Assembly (NCBI GenBank): GCA_973895155.1
Contig: OZ316894.1
Location: 991,968-1,055,967 of the forward strand
Length of the DNA: 64,000 bases
From: Marsupella aquatica
Lineage: Eukaryota > Plantae > Marchantiophyta
Reading direction: 5' to 3'
The notes below the pieces were generated by a model. That model did no database searches and was not told the DNA's origin. It was given only the letters and a program-made list of their open reading frames with translations. The position numbers and the translations under genes were made by a program. Position 1 is the first letter of the stretch. The number at the start of each line of letters is the position of its first letter. Positions 25,001 to 37,340 of this stretch are shown here, piece by piece.

Positions 25001-28000
25001 AAGACAGTAGTTGGGTCGGTTATCCCGTCGCTTTCAGAGTTAAGATCTTGTCCAATTTGGAAACAATACAGCTCAATCTCCCGCCGCATGCGGCGAGGTC
25101 TGCCAAAGCGACAAATGATAAGCTAATTGCACGCTGTATATCGATTAAATCGACTGCACTTAAGCTCCGCAGAGTTTCCGCATGACAAGGAATTTCTCCA
25201 CTAGATGTATATATATACCTTGAGAGGTGTTCAATCAAAGTACCAGTTCTTGCTCAGGTGACCATATCGTCCCAATGCAAACGCCATCTGTTGGTGCCTC
25301 ACCGGTCCTGGAGCAGTATAGTGAGGTTCCTCTAGCTCGGATTTCGTTGGATGTAGTGATGCATTGCACTCTGCATATGAGTCACATTTGCAAGCAATTA
25401 GTAGGTTAACCTAGAGCTTTATCCCGATAGTGGACCTAGCCGGGACAGAAGCACCGCTTTCCTGTGTGAATTATGGTTATTGTAGTGACGCCGAGCTGTT
25501 CATCGGTCCAGCTAATGTGGAAACTAATCCCGTGACTGATTCCTCAGCAGTAAGGCACCAGGTCACCTTTGCTGGCAGTCTGTTCTGGCTGGCTTTGATC
25601 TAGCTGACCGGAGTTATGGATGGGATCACTGAGCAGATTTTCAGACTTTCAGGCAAGCATCGATTCATTTTGCCTGGTCAAATGCATGAAAGTACTGACT
25701 ATTTGAAAGAGTGACATAGCTAGAAATTTCGAAGTGGTCTTTAATTCTTTCCATAGTCCTGGTCATATTGACCAAGAAGTTGCTCGAGGGCGCTACGGTA
25801 GAACTACGAAGATTAGGCGTCGTAGAAGAATTACGCCGCCACCTTTGAGCTGGAGTTGAAAAGTCAGAGTATTCTGTCCCGTATGTTAGACAGTTAGCCT
25901 TGATTTTACGTATCTGAGTACCTTGACACTTTCTGAACTTCATTTTGCGGCTGAACTAAAGCCCAAAGTTGACGGCCGAGGTCTACCCCGACCTCCTAAG
26001 TCAAAGATGATCCATAGATTGGCTTGCGGCAATTAGATGGTTCCTGAAGTCTGAGCTAGACTTGATCATGATAACGAGTTAATTAACTAGCTGGGCCACG
26101 GACTATATCAGCTAGGCGTTGCAGTCACCAAAGGAAAACGTCAGGAAGGTGCCTGACCCGAACGCTTACGGTAACCTGAATTAGGCATCTCAGATTCGGA
26201 TCGCTAATTTGGTCTGGTTAATTCCTTGGCCGCTCGTCCTGCTTGAGGCTACGGACCTGGTCACCACACGCTTCTCGGAGATCTTAGCCGATTCAATCTA
26301 CAGGAGTACTAGCAATCTTAACAACCATATCTGGATTGAGGACAGGAATCATGCAATTGCGGGACATTACTCATGGACGGACGGCCCACTCGATCCAAAT
26401 GCGATCATTGCCAGAGTTCTCAACGATACTCCTCGTACGGAATACAGCTCTTTCGACCTTGTTCGGGTCTGCTCTCAGATCTGAGGCAATATCAGAGACG
26501 GTGATGTGTCTAGATTCTTTGAAACCCACAATGTATATAAATATGTGTATGCTTTACAAGCGCATTGATAATTAATTCGGGCAGTCAGGCATCACTATGA
26601 AGTTCGAATTATAATATTCCATTCTCTATAATTATGTCAGACTATGCAGATCTAGCTTAGCCTCCATCAAGGTAGCCAAACCACCGTTCGAATCCAGGGT
26701 TTTATTAGTACGCAATCTTTATTCCGGCAGTAAAATGACCGTAGGTTTCGTTCCCAGGCCTCCTTTGTCATTTGAAGCCAACTGTGGGATTGCAATCCAG
26801 CATTTGAACTACCTCTCCGTGGCAAGCTGTAACACCAACTTTGGGATTCAGAGTGTGTACTTCATTTTGAGCAGCCCGGTCATGTTCGGAGCAACATCTC
26901 AGACGGCTGCATGTGAAGCGATGTCTCTGTCCAAACCATTATTGGAATTCAAACTCTCAATTACAATAATTCGAAGTATTTTGACGTCTTTGATGCCGCT
27001 GACCGCACCAGGATCCGACTTTGAAGTCCCAATTACGTGCAATCAACGCTCTTTACATTGTGCTGCGCAGAGTGTGAGTGCACCCAGCGTAACGCTCTTC
27101 TTAATGAGCTGCAAAGATTGCGGGTATCAGACGTCATATCAACCCATCACTCTAGAGTACTCTGGAGAACGACGTCCACATTCGAAGCCTTTTTACTTTA
27201 AGCTCCAAAAGACTCGAGACTCTTGACGATGATGTACTGGGCTGGCTGCAGGTCTCTGTTGACACGTCAACCCATCGTATGACTTGGCGCCTTATGTTAA
27301 TTGAAGTTCGGAATCTCACTAAGGCAGCAAGCCCGAGGAATGCAACACAATTCACATGGGACGTGTTCGCAGTAGGCTATACTGTACGAGACAAAAACCG
27401 GGAAGCAAACGAAGGACGATACACGTTGACGACGTCGGTACGTAGAGGGCCCTCTGGGGGCGCTCTGGCAATTTCAAGGCCAGACTACGAGTTCGAGATC
27501 CACGCTGCTGCCCGCTTTCATGCCCGAAGTTTATTGCGTATCCTTTCTGTGTCGGTCCGCCCACCTCCCAAATCATTTCTCAACTCGCCCTTTCTGATTA
27601 TCGGTGAAACGGTGGAGAGATATGAACGCCAATCGAGATTAATAGTGCTACAATGCCACTACTTATTACAGAATCTATCGCTCACCGTACGTCAATCGCA
27701 GCAGCGTCCTCAGATTCTTTATGGGGATACTTGTTCTCTCATCCCAATACATTCCCCCTACGAATTTGTACTTATACTCTGCTCTCGTATTGGATCCATC
27801 TAGGGATTTGTCATCCTACGTTTTACTGCAATATTTTAACCTACCCATTGGCACTATATATATGGGTCAACCAGTCTCCTCGGATATTAAGCCGAGCTTC
27901 AGCATGGACAAGAGTAATGGCAGAAAAGATTTTGAGACGGACAGGGTGGGGAAGGCATGATTGATACATACTTCATAGTTCATACCCGCACCTGCTCTAT

Positions 28001-28379
28001 CCCAGGCTTGCTGACCAGTTCTCTCTCTTAAGGTCATTGCTATAGATCAAATCTCACCGAACCTACGCAGGGTCCGCAGCGGTAAGCTTCTAGTTACTTG
28101 TCCACACGTTTCTGTTGACAAAACCACATGCAGTGACGTGCTTCTTACTTGTGCCGGCGGCGTAGCATTCGTTTTGACATGTGAAATCGATGTTTTACAG
28201 CTAGCAGCTTTCTTCACAATGTGTCATTCTGCGGAAGAAACAATCCCCCTCGCAGCCCAGACGTTTGGAACGCTCGGGGTATCTAGAGTAAAATCGGATA
28301 CGGGTGTCGGAATCCCAGAAGGCTGCAATTATTGTAGGATTGTTGTTGATGTCGAGGAAACATGAGGCTCTCGATCAGT

Positions 28380-28452
28380 GGATATAATATGTCTTTATGT
28401 CACATAACATCTCTCTCTCCTCTCTCTCTCTCTCTCTCGCTCTCTCTCTCTC
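28380..28452 (+). promoter_or_regulatory. TATA-like motif plus CT-rich tract, possible 5' end of the hairpin-cluster transcript
   Basis: GATATAATAT at 28381, followed ~30 nt later by an interrupted (CT)n tract typical of plant 5' leaders. No protein gene is recognisable downstream before the hairpins. Confidence 0.4.
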
Positions 28453-30870
28453 TCGCTCTCTCTCTCTCTTCTTCGTGCTATTGGCAAGCGCGATTGGATT
28501 CCCGAGCGGACTAATCGCTAGGAGTTCTTCATTCCTTTGCACAGGGCGCGGGTTCCAAGCTACATCCAACTATTTACAGCGAGTTCTTTGTATGTCTTTG
28601 TCTTCTTCTCTGTCACTCTCTTGCTCTCAGTAGCTTAGGATTGCAATAGCAATTTTCTGTTTAAGGCTGACATTTCATCACTGTGGACAGATGTACCGGG
28701 TGGTTTCTAAGCTTCTGGATGGCCCGAATTGAATGCGAGAAGCAGGTGGTGAGCTAGTGATCCCTTTTTGTGACCTTAGTGCATTGCTTGTCAGCTACTG
28801 ACGTTTACAAGTAATCAAAGTCTGACCGTGCAGCAACGCTCCAGGTTTTGCATTGCATCTAAATCTCGCACATTGACCCCTCAATTTAGCTTCGAAAGTC
28901 TTCTCTAACATTTTAGTGTTCTCTGGTTGGCACCTCTCTACCATTCGAATGTTCTCTCGTTAGAACGCCTTGGACTTCAGATATATAGGGTCGCTCTGTC
29001 CACTGAATGGAGAAATTTCTCATTGGAACTATATTGATAGTGTTGCGCTTTTGATATTGAATTGCGGCTTCAAAATCGTTAGTGTTGAAATCACGTAACC
29101 AGAGTATCGTAATGTTTTAGTGCCATGATCTTGTTCTATCTAGCCTCTCTGCTATGTGGCGAGGGAACCACAATTCTTCTGCGCGCTCTTGGCTGAAGAA
29201 CCCACATTATCGAATCTTGCTAAGGGTCTGTACCCGTCGAGACGATGATTTCTGTTAGTGATGAGTGTAGAGACAATTCAATGCTGGCACGCATTGTTTT
29301 GAGCTGTCCTCCTCTCCCTCTTCTGATAATATGTTATCATGATGGAAGGCTCCTGCCGTTCAAGTACTTTGGTAGTTACCAAAATCTTTTGTGGAGATCT
29401 TCCGTTGCCTAAATTTCTTTTGTTGGAGAGGGTACTCATGATTACTCCATCACATTTTGCGCAAATACAGGCTTACTCTGAGGTCATCTTGTGCCCTTTC
29501 TTGACCTTTCCGATTAATCAGTAATCGGGCGGGCGGGCGGGCTTGGTTTTGAATTGAAGGACTAAGCTGATTCTGTGATGATTGTGGTGGGTTCGTGGAG
29601 CTCAAATCTATCCAAAACAGCGCTGGCGTCGTTATCGAGACTGCATCATCATCTTTTTAAAGCGGGCAACTTGTCCTGCCCGGCACCAGCTAGCGGGCAG
29701 CTAGCCCAGCCCGGGGAAGTTAGCAGCTGAGAATGCGGGACTTCAAGACAACCCTAGCTGTAAGTTCGCACGTACCTCCACAATTCTCTCTTCACCAGGC
29801 GTAATCTTCATCATCTCAACATTCATGAACGAGAATTTAGTAACGCACCTTCCGTTGAAACAGAAAATCAGGGTTGGTCGATTGCTTTCTTCAGAAACAG
29901 TTCGAGGGACCAGGATGAATTCTCTGGATACGAGCTGCCATGTTCAAAGGGTTTTCGTTGCAGTCTAAGGTGGGGTAGTTCTGCGAGTGGCGACAATACT
30001 CAGTCCAGTCTAGATACACTTTTCTTGTTAGCTGTCGATGCGGGAGTCAATGTCCCTCTAGATCGCCATCATCAGTGAATAGATCGTGGTAACGAAGTGC
30101 TCTCCGTCAATCCAAAGTACGTGTGGGGAGCAAGTGGTCTAAAGCTCCCAAAGGATAAGACAAACTTCTCAATGCCTGTTGTCTTTGTATATTATTAATC
30201 ATCCAGTTGCTAGCTCTTATTGAATTGCTTCGAGGGATCAGGATTCTCTTCTAACACAGCCCACACAAGGGTTCTCTAGTTCTCTGTCTAGTCCTAAAGC
30301 ATAAATTAGTTTTGATCATTTGTGGTGATGGCGTCAATCGTCCATCATGCGAAGAGACGATTTCAGTTAGCAAGTGGAGCACAAGTTTGACGCCTGGTAA
30401 TAGTATTTGCTACAGTAGCTGCTTACGATCAAGGCAACAGCCTCTCTTCCCCACCACACCCCCACAACAAAATTCAGCGAGTCATCTCACGAATAGACGC
30501 TTGACATCATGGTCATAGCATAGCGTGCACAGAACAAACTACGCACATATTCAAGAAGGAATTAGAGGTTGACTCGAGTTTAACTGTAGGAGATTAACCC
30601 AAATACACATGTATGCCTTTGAAATTTTCCACGTGAAGGTCTCTAAGTACATCTAACTATGCAAGATTCTGTTACAGCTTCCTTGGTTACACAATTCCAT
30701 ATATTCACCCATCTTTTCAATCAGCCAAGTTTTATTCTTACCCTATTGTCAAGTCGTGGTAAGTATGAACATTTCTTCATTCTTTCTGCAGCCGTTTCTA
30801 ACTAAGGTTTACTAATATCATGACAATTTGTTGACCAGAGTCAGACAGGCAATATGAACATTGAACTGAT

Positions 30871-30987
30871 TGCCTAGCAATAGCTAGCGCCCTTGATGGA
30901 GATGTTCTCTTGTGGAGTAGTTACAGGCAACGTAGCAAGGAAGAACTGGAAACATCTTCATTGAGTATGCTAGCTGCTTGCTAGGCA
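30871..30987 (+). ncRNA. Putative miRNA precursor hairpin 1
   Basis: TGCCTAGCAATAGCTAGCGCCCTTGATGGAGATGTT pairs with AACATCTTCATTGAGTATGCTAGCTGCTTGCTAGGCA: ~36-bp stem with several G:U pairs, 2 mismatches and 1 bulge. Confidence 0.75.
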
Positions 30988-31334
30988 CTTATTGTTGCTC
31001 ATGTTGCACTGATAATGTTGTTCAACTTGCTTTGAAACTTATGTTCGCTACCAACTCTGAGATATATTACGCTGCATTGCTGTTTAGTTAGGGCTAGCTC
31101 TTTGTGCGTAAGGTACTTTCTGACGTTATTCCCTGAGTGGATTGTACGTACATGAACTTGTCTGAGAGATACGTAGAAGATTGAGAACGATGTCCTTAGG
31201 TTTCTGATTTGTGTGAAATACTAGATATGTAAAACATATTCACGTTTGATTCAATCTGTAGTATAGGAGACAGCTTTGAGGAAGTGGAGAGGAGAAGTTG
31301 GGTCTGGGCGAGGGTCTGGGGACAAAGATTTGAG

Positions 31335-31424
31335 GCCTAGCAAGAGTTAGCTACCTTAATGGAGATCTCATCTTTATAATATCTACCAGATATCACCATT
31401 GAGCATGCTAGCTGCTTGCTAGGC
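31335..31424 (+). ncRNA. Putative miRNA precursor hairpin 2
   Basis: GCCTAGCAAGAGTTAGCTACCTTAATGGAGAT pairs with ATCACCATTGAGCATGCTAGCTGCTTGCTAGGC. Confidence 0.72.
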
Positions 31425-31749
31425 AACGACTGACTCACATTCTCTTGTTAGGACATCTATAATGTCGTGATATATTGATTTCGTTCATTCTGTTTACACT
31501 GGCTCATGAATTATACCATTTCAGGTGCGTGGGGAACTTTACTTGAATTTGACTAAGAGAACAAATTTCGTGTGATATTCTTCGGCATATTTGCACATAG
31601 ATTTAACCTAGCTACTACCTAGCCCTCTTGATGACCCTCATTTTGTAAGGAATCAGCTTCCACGCATTTCATACATTCAATGAAAATGGAACATAAATGA
31701 TGATTGATTTGGTTCTGGGAGACAGTTCATAGGTCAGCATAGGATCAAA

Positions 31750-31806
31750 TGCCTAGCAGTAATCGTAGGGGTGAAGACACTTCACTGAGTGTGCTAATTG
31801 CTTGCA
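31750..31806 (+). ncRNA. Degenerate, internally deleted hairpin paralogue 3
   Basis: TGCCTAGCAG..TTCACTGAGTGTGCTAATTGCTTGC keeps both arm signatures but pairs poorly. Confidence 0.4.
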
Positions 31807-32031
31807 ACATCAATTATATTAACCTCGACGCTTAGAGCTCTTGAGATCCTAACCTCTACTCACGATCTCGATCTAAGTAGAGTTACGTTTGCTAAACTAG
31901 TTGGAAACCGTGAAATTCCAACCAAAATAGCTCAATTTCTCCATCATTCGCAAAATTCAGGGAAGGAACAGCAATAATTTAAATGTTCACGGTTGATGCC
32001 TTGCAAAAGTGACTTGCATATGAAGCTAGAC

Positions 32032-32141
32032 TGTCTAGCAGCAGCTAACGCTCTTAATGGGGATGTCGCATGATTCGCAACATGCAACAAGGTCTTTGTT
32101 TTGAGACATCTTCATTGAGTATGTTAGCTGTTTGCTAGACG
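32032..32141 (+). ncRNA. Putative miRNA precursor hairpin 4
   Basis: TGTCTAGCAGCAGCTAACGCTCTTAATGGGGATGTC pairs with GACATCTTCATTGAGTATGTTAGCTGTTTGCTAGACG. Two compensatory substitutions relative to hairpin 1. Confidence 0.75.
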
Positions 32142-32339
32142 ATGACTGAGTATGCCAGTCCTTAAATTGATTGAATTGGAAAGTTCTTAAGGCCACAAAC
32201 GATGAGAAAATACCATACTTTATGTTAAGGCTTTGCTCTGACTTACTATACGTTTCACTTTATAGAAAAGTCTTCTTTGTCTTGTGAAAATGTTGATGAG
32301 CTGAAAGAGAATTATGGGAAACTGAGTTATTGAAGCACT

Positions 32340-32460
32340 CATTGCCTAGCAGAGGCTAGCGTCCTTGATGGGGATATCATCTTCATAATTTCGATGATCA
32401 ACAAGGATGAGCAGTACGATGACATTCTCATTGAGTGTGCTAGCTGCTTGCTAGGCAATG
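32340..32460 (+). ncRNA. Putative miRNA precursor hairpin 5
   Basis: CATTGCCTAGCAGAGGCTAGCGTCCTTGATGGGGATATCATC pairs with GATGACATTCTCATTGAGTGTGCTAGCTGCTTGCTAGGCAATG. Confidence 0.75.
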
Positions 32461-33465
32461 GTAAGTGCACCTATGAATCTGTTTTAATTAGTCACGAAAT
32501 GTAATATGTGAAGTCCTTTTTACTAAGTCTCGCCCGAATCTCATGAATCTCCAATCCAATAAATTATTTTCCAGAGTGGCTTATGACAAATCATTAGCTA
32601 CATGTCAGATATTTAGGCTGAATATAACATGTGGTTAAAGTTTTACCCTGAGCCAGACAAAGAGACATGTCAGATAATACTTCTTGCCGTCCTAGAATTC
32701 AATAATTAACCTTGAAAGAGTCAGATTCTTGTAATTCATGCTAACCTTCAAATATTCTTTTCCATTGTGATTTTATTAGGGTTATGCATTGAAAATGAAG
32801 ACGTCGTTATTGTAATTATGTAGTTCAAGCATGCTTATTTGGAATGGGCATAACATTCTTCATCTGACCATATGATTAAAACCAATTTAAACAATCAATT
32901 TCAACATCTATCATCATGTGTAACCTTTTGTGACATAGTTTGCCACCCATCAGAATCAAATCGGAAAGGAAATAAATCTCGTAAGTGAACGCTTGGAGGT
33001 CAAGTATTGAGTGCAAAAGCTTTTCAAAGATTGTTTGAGAGACTGAGTACTCTCACTGAGTGTCACATGTGAGCAAATGATTCCTTTTCAAAATGCTTTG
33101 CAAAGGTAGTTTAAGAACGTTTCATAGCAAGTGATATGTGTAAGATCAAAATGTTCTTCATCACATTTTATTTCACCTTACTTTCGATTTATGTTTGCTG
33201 CATCGTATATTGAAGTCCGTATCCAAAGACAAGCACTCTGTCCAATAAGAAAAACTTGACAATATTGGGCAACTGAATGTAGCGTACGATTTTTAGAGTT
33301 TTAAGTACTGTCGAAAGTACTGTAGTATCTGAATAACTTTGTGTATGTTGGAATGCCATTCTATTATAAATTTGGGTAGTCTTTTGGGTCTTAAAACTGA
33401 GAGCGAGTCTAATGATCAGTCTTCGACCTGCAATGTCTCCTGGACAATTTCAATTAACAAGCTTT

Positions 33466-33583
33466 TAGTGCCTTGCAAGGAGCTAGTTAACATAGTGATC
33501 CACGTTACATTACCATCGAAGATTGGAAGAGAGCTCAGTTTACAACGTGGTCACTAAGTATGCTAGCTTCTTGCAAGGCACTA
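33466..33583 (+). ncRNA. Putative miRNA precursor hairpin 6 (most divergent)
   Basis: TAGTGCCTTGCAAGGAGCTAGTTAACATAGTGATCCACGTT pairs with AACGTGGTCACTAAGTATGCTAGCTTCTTGCAAGGCACTA. Compensatory changes in both arms. Confidence 0.72.
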
Positions 33584-34156
33584 GAGACTTCTATAATGAT
33601 ATGCGTCCCGTCTCGACCTGAGGAATATCAATCTAGCACTGCTACAGAGCTTTGCTGTTATTGATCCATCTAATTCAATGAGAGAACCCAATTGGAAGAC
33701 AATCAACCAGAAAATACCCAAACTAGTCGTACTTAAAGTCGTCTTGTAGATTCCTATATGATGCCCTGCATCAAGCAGATACGAGAGTGAAGGAATTTCT
33801 TTTAGTTCCTTATATTGGAGCTCCAGCACACTTGGTACAGAATTGGGTTTTGTCATTGCATGTCTTAGTTTAGAAGGGTAGTCTGCAGTTCTAATCCTAA
33901 ATGCACATGCTATCAATCGCCCTTATCCAACTTTAGAATAAATCCCAACCATTCTTGAGGAGTGATTTGATGATTAAGACTAGGTGATCACTTGAATTGT
34001 CTATAGGCACAACAAGGATTCCGGCTGGTTGAAAGCAGTTTGAATGAGATTGCTATTGATAAGTACTTACTAGTTTTTGTCGTGTGTGCAGCATGTGATT
34101 AAGTGCAATATCTGCATGCGTTTTACCCATGTCGTTAGGGAGAACATTTTTCAACT

Positions 34157-34966
34157 ATGCAAAACATGACACTGAAGACATTCCAAGAGGCCATGTTCTA
34201 CCTTTTGACGTTGAATTCCATGTCTTTTATGTTGTTCAAGCCCCCATTCTCGTTATCCTCACTCATCTCGACAACCCTACAAAAGACTAGTGCAGCTGCG
34301 AAACCATACAAGAAAATTACGATTTGCTCCCACCCTCAATTATTTATTGCACCATATATGTACTTGTTCTCACAATCTGATGGGGATTGGATGTCTACCT
34401 GCACAAAGGTTGATAGAGTAATTAAATTTCCTCCAGTATTATGTTTGGACCAACATCCTTCTGACTCGGTGGAAAGTGAAAGTCTTGACACAAATAGGTC
34501 CAAGAATGATGATGGATTTAGGAATTTACTCAATGAGAAGGAGAGGAGACTCATGGAGAGGGCCAAAGAGGACATAAAGGTTCTTTTGAAGAAAAGGCGG
34601 AAAGAAAGTCGTAGGCACAAAATCCCGAAAGATGATGATAGTCTTGACGTCTCGAGAAACACAATAGAGGAAGACATAGAAGGAAGAGATATTTTGCATA
34701 AGTCCAGAGGTTGGAGTATTAAGAAACGATACCAGGAGGGCAAGCTTGCCATCCAAAAGGCAAAAGATGAGATTGTAAAGAAAAAGTACGAGAGTCAGCA
34801 GTTCTGCCGTAATCAAATAAGACTCTTGGGCAAGAAGTTCTTGGAGAAATCCTTGCAACAAGGCATGGAAATCCAACATCAGTTGGCAATTGCTGATAGG
34901 ATACTCAGGTCAGCCCAGAACAGGGGGTCACCTCGACCCACATCAGCACACTCAATCCAGAACTAG
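34157..34966 (+). CDS. Uncharacterised Lys/Arg/Glu-rich, probably coiled-coil protein (true start uncertain, possibly M at ~34358)
   Basis: Uninterrupted 269-codon ORF in AT-rich DNA, with a charged helical C-terminal half (NEKERRLMERAKEDIKVLLKKRRKESRR). No recognised domain. Confidence 0.5.
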   Translation: MQNMTLKTFQEAMFYLLTLNSMSFMLFKPPFSLSSLISTTLQKTSAAAKPYKKITICSHPQLFIAPYMYLFSQSDGDWMSTCTKVDRVIKFPPVLCLDQHPSDSVESESLDTNRSKNDDGFRNLLNEKERRLMERAKEDIKVLLKKRRKESRRHKIPKDDDSLDVSRNTIEEDIEGRDILHKSRGWSIKKRYQEGKLAIQKAKDEIVKKKYESQQFCRNQIRLLGKKFLEKSLQQGMEIQHQLAIADRILRSAQNRGSPRPTSAHSIQN

Positions 34967-35564
34967 AGTATTAGTCAATTGTGTAGCTCAGTGAGATAGT
35001 GGAACTTTTGTTTCATTGACTAGCTAGCAGTTGCTATTCTTATCAACAATATTCTTCCACAGAAAATTTATTCATGACTTCCACTGGCATGATTGTCGTA
35101 TTCAGTCTATTGCTTGATGAAATACTTCTCGAGTTGAATCGAGCGAATGAAATTAGTATAGGCAGCCAAGTGTTGTGCTATACTTGTACACCAGAGATTG
35201 TCAATAAGGATGACTGCACATTTACAGAATCATCATTCCCTCCAACACTAGGAAAAAAGAAGTGGCAGAAGGATGATGCAAGTCCTGATTGCCTGTCATC
35301 TGTGTCAATCGATAGATTGAATCAGTGTTAAGGTCTATTCTCGAGGTCTATGTATCTAGCACTGGTTCAATCTCTTCGGCCGGGAAGCGTTTGGTTCCCC
35401 CGCTTCTTCACAATGAAGACAGCCGACACACCCCAAAACTGATGCATGTCAAGATGGCAGTGGAGCAACCATATTCCTGATCTGGATCAGGACAGTCAGA
35501 CAGCTCTAAGTGGTAATTCGCTCGTATTTGAGGTGTATTCTGCTAAAGGAGAGGTAAAAAGGGC

Positions 35565-35925
35565 AATAAATGAACTAAAGACTCAGTTAGAGCTTTTGTG
35601 GTTATGGGTCACTCTCCGTTACATGGAAAGGTGCCACCAGTGACATGTCAAAGGTGATACAAATAAAAAATTCCGTGCTCGCAAAGCACAATAAATGAAC
35701 TAAAGAATCAGTTAAAGCTTTTGTGGTTAGGGGTCTCCCATTCTCGTCAAATTGAAGGTTGTCCCCATTCGCCTCATAGAAAAGTTTTCCTACCACAATA
35801 AAATGTACGAAAAGACTACTCAATAAGAGCTTTTGTGGCTCTGGTTTGGTCTCAATATCCCGAATGGAAAATTGCCACCACCGACATGTCATAGGTAATA
35901 AAATGAAAAAATTCCGTGCTTGTGA
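35565..35925. repeat. Degenerate tandem repeat, ~110-125 bp units
   Basis: AATAAATGAACTAAAGA.TCAGTTA.AGCTTTTGTGG at ~35565 and ~35691, with a variant at ~35797. TGCCACCA..GACATGTCA.AGGT..AAAAAATTCCGTGCT occurs twice. Confidence 0.7.
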
Positions 35926-36098
35926 AGAAAAGAATCCCCACGAGATGCCCTTTACAATCGGCGATTGCATCGATCGACAGAGTACTCATTCTGCTCGAAG
36001 ACTACCTTCAGACTCACTAATTGAAGAGGATGGGGCTCGCCAAAGAAGTCACCGGGGATGTAGAGCTGGAGGGGCACACAATTCGGTTGAGCACAGTC

Positions 36099-37340
36099 CC
36101 CCACCTCATCAAGCAAGACTTTCTTCTGCACTTCATAATCCAAGATACTGCCTGTTTCGGCTGGTTGCATGCACCTCAGGAGAGACAGGTCTATCACAGG
36201 TACGCTCTCACCATTCAACGCATCGGTGTACTCATCATGTCTACTCTTGGGCCGGAATTCAGGACTGAGGACGAATGCCGGGTCAATCTTCAAACCACAA
36301 GTGCCTGCAGGGACTGGGGATTCTTCCAGGTCCTAAACCATGGCGTGGAATCGGAGACGATTTGGAGCTGGAGATGAAGGAGTTCTTTGCGTTATCACCG
36401 GAGGAGAAGAGGAGGTTGGGCCGGAGCGAGGGGAATCCCACCGTGGACTACTTTGACAGTGAGGTGACGAAGCATGGGAGGGATTGGAAACAGGTTTTCA
36501 ATTTCGTGCAAGGGAGGATGGAGATGCCGGCTGGCCATGATGGCCACTTCAAAGAAAGGAACACAACGTTAATCAGGCTGAATCATTACCCGGCTTGTCC
36601 CAGCCCGAAGCTGGCCTTGGGAGTGAGCCAGCACAAGGACGGTGGAGCATTCACGGTGCTCTGGCAGGACCAAGTCGAAGGCTTACAGGTGAAACGGAAC
36701 GATGGCGAGTGGATTGCTGTGAAGCCTCGCCGGGATGCTTTCACCATCAACGTCGGCAATCTATTTCAGGTCCGGACCTTTCCTCATCTCAGAGATATCG
36801 AATGCATAATAGATAATGAACGACACAATTGAATACTCCTTTTTCTGAGCCATTTGCTGAGAGGATTTACTGGCTGTTTGCCCCCAATTGAAGAGGCCTT
36901 ATGCTCAGAAATGTTAGTCAAAGCCTCGAGAAAGACAACGTTTTTCTTCTCTCGTTTGGTGAGGGGGGAAGAGTACACATACTCCATAAAGTGACAATGC
37001 TCCGGCCTTGGTAGATATGTCATCTTAATCATTTCGATTGATGTTACTGTACCAAAATAGCTAAGATACAATATGTTATGGGATTGATCCCTCTCAAAGG
37101 AATTATCTCACAACCACTGTAGCTTTCAAGAGACGGTGCAATGTGCAGGTGTAGAACAACGACTTGTTTCATGAGTGTGGAGCACTGGGCATTGGTGAAT
37201 GAGCAGAAGGATCGACATTCAATACCTTATCTCTTCGGCCCTGCCCACACCACGAGTGGTTCCCTGTGCCTGAATTGCTTGATGAAGAACATCCGGCCAA
37301 GTATACGCGTTACAACTGGGGCCAGTTCTTGAAACAAAAT
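36099..37340 (+). pseudogene. 2-oxoglutarate/Fe(II) dioxygenase (DOXC) pseudogene with an inverted 5' segment
   Basis: + strand: SACRDWGFFQVLNHGV..EFFALSPEEKRR..YFDSEVTKHGRDWK..IRLNHYPACPSPKLALGVSQHKDGGAFTVLWQDQVEGLQV..NVGNLFQ | intron | V*NNDLFMSVEH..RHSIPYLF. The N-terminus (KIDPAFVLSPEFRPK..VPVIDLS..LLDEVG) is on the - strand at ~36099-36299. Frameshifts, a stop and an internal deletion are present. Confidence 0.88.

Noticed and set aside
22545-28365. Short ORFs (60-175 aa) across this interval
   Set aside because: No recognisable domains or consistent exon chains, so treated as intergenic.
31058-31122. Additional hairpin between units 1 and 2
   Set aside because: Pairing is short and interrupted, and there is no sequence relation to the family.
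30871-33583. Hairpin cluster as a CRISPR array or as miR397
   Set aside because: The context is eukaryotic, spacing is irregular (hundreds of bp) and there are no cas genes. Only about the first 9 nt (UCAUUGAGU) resemble miR397, and the rest diverges.
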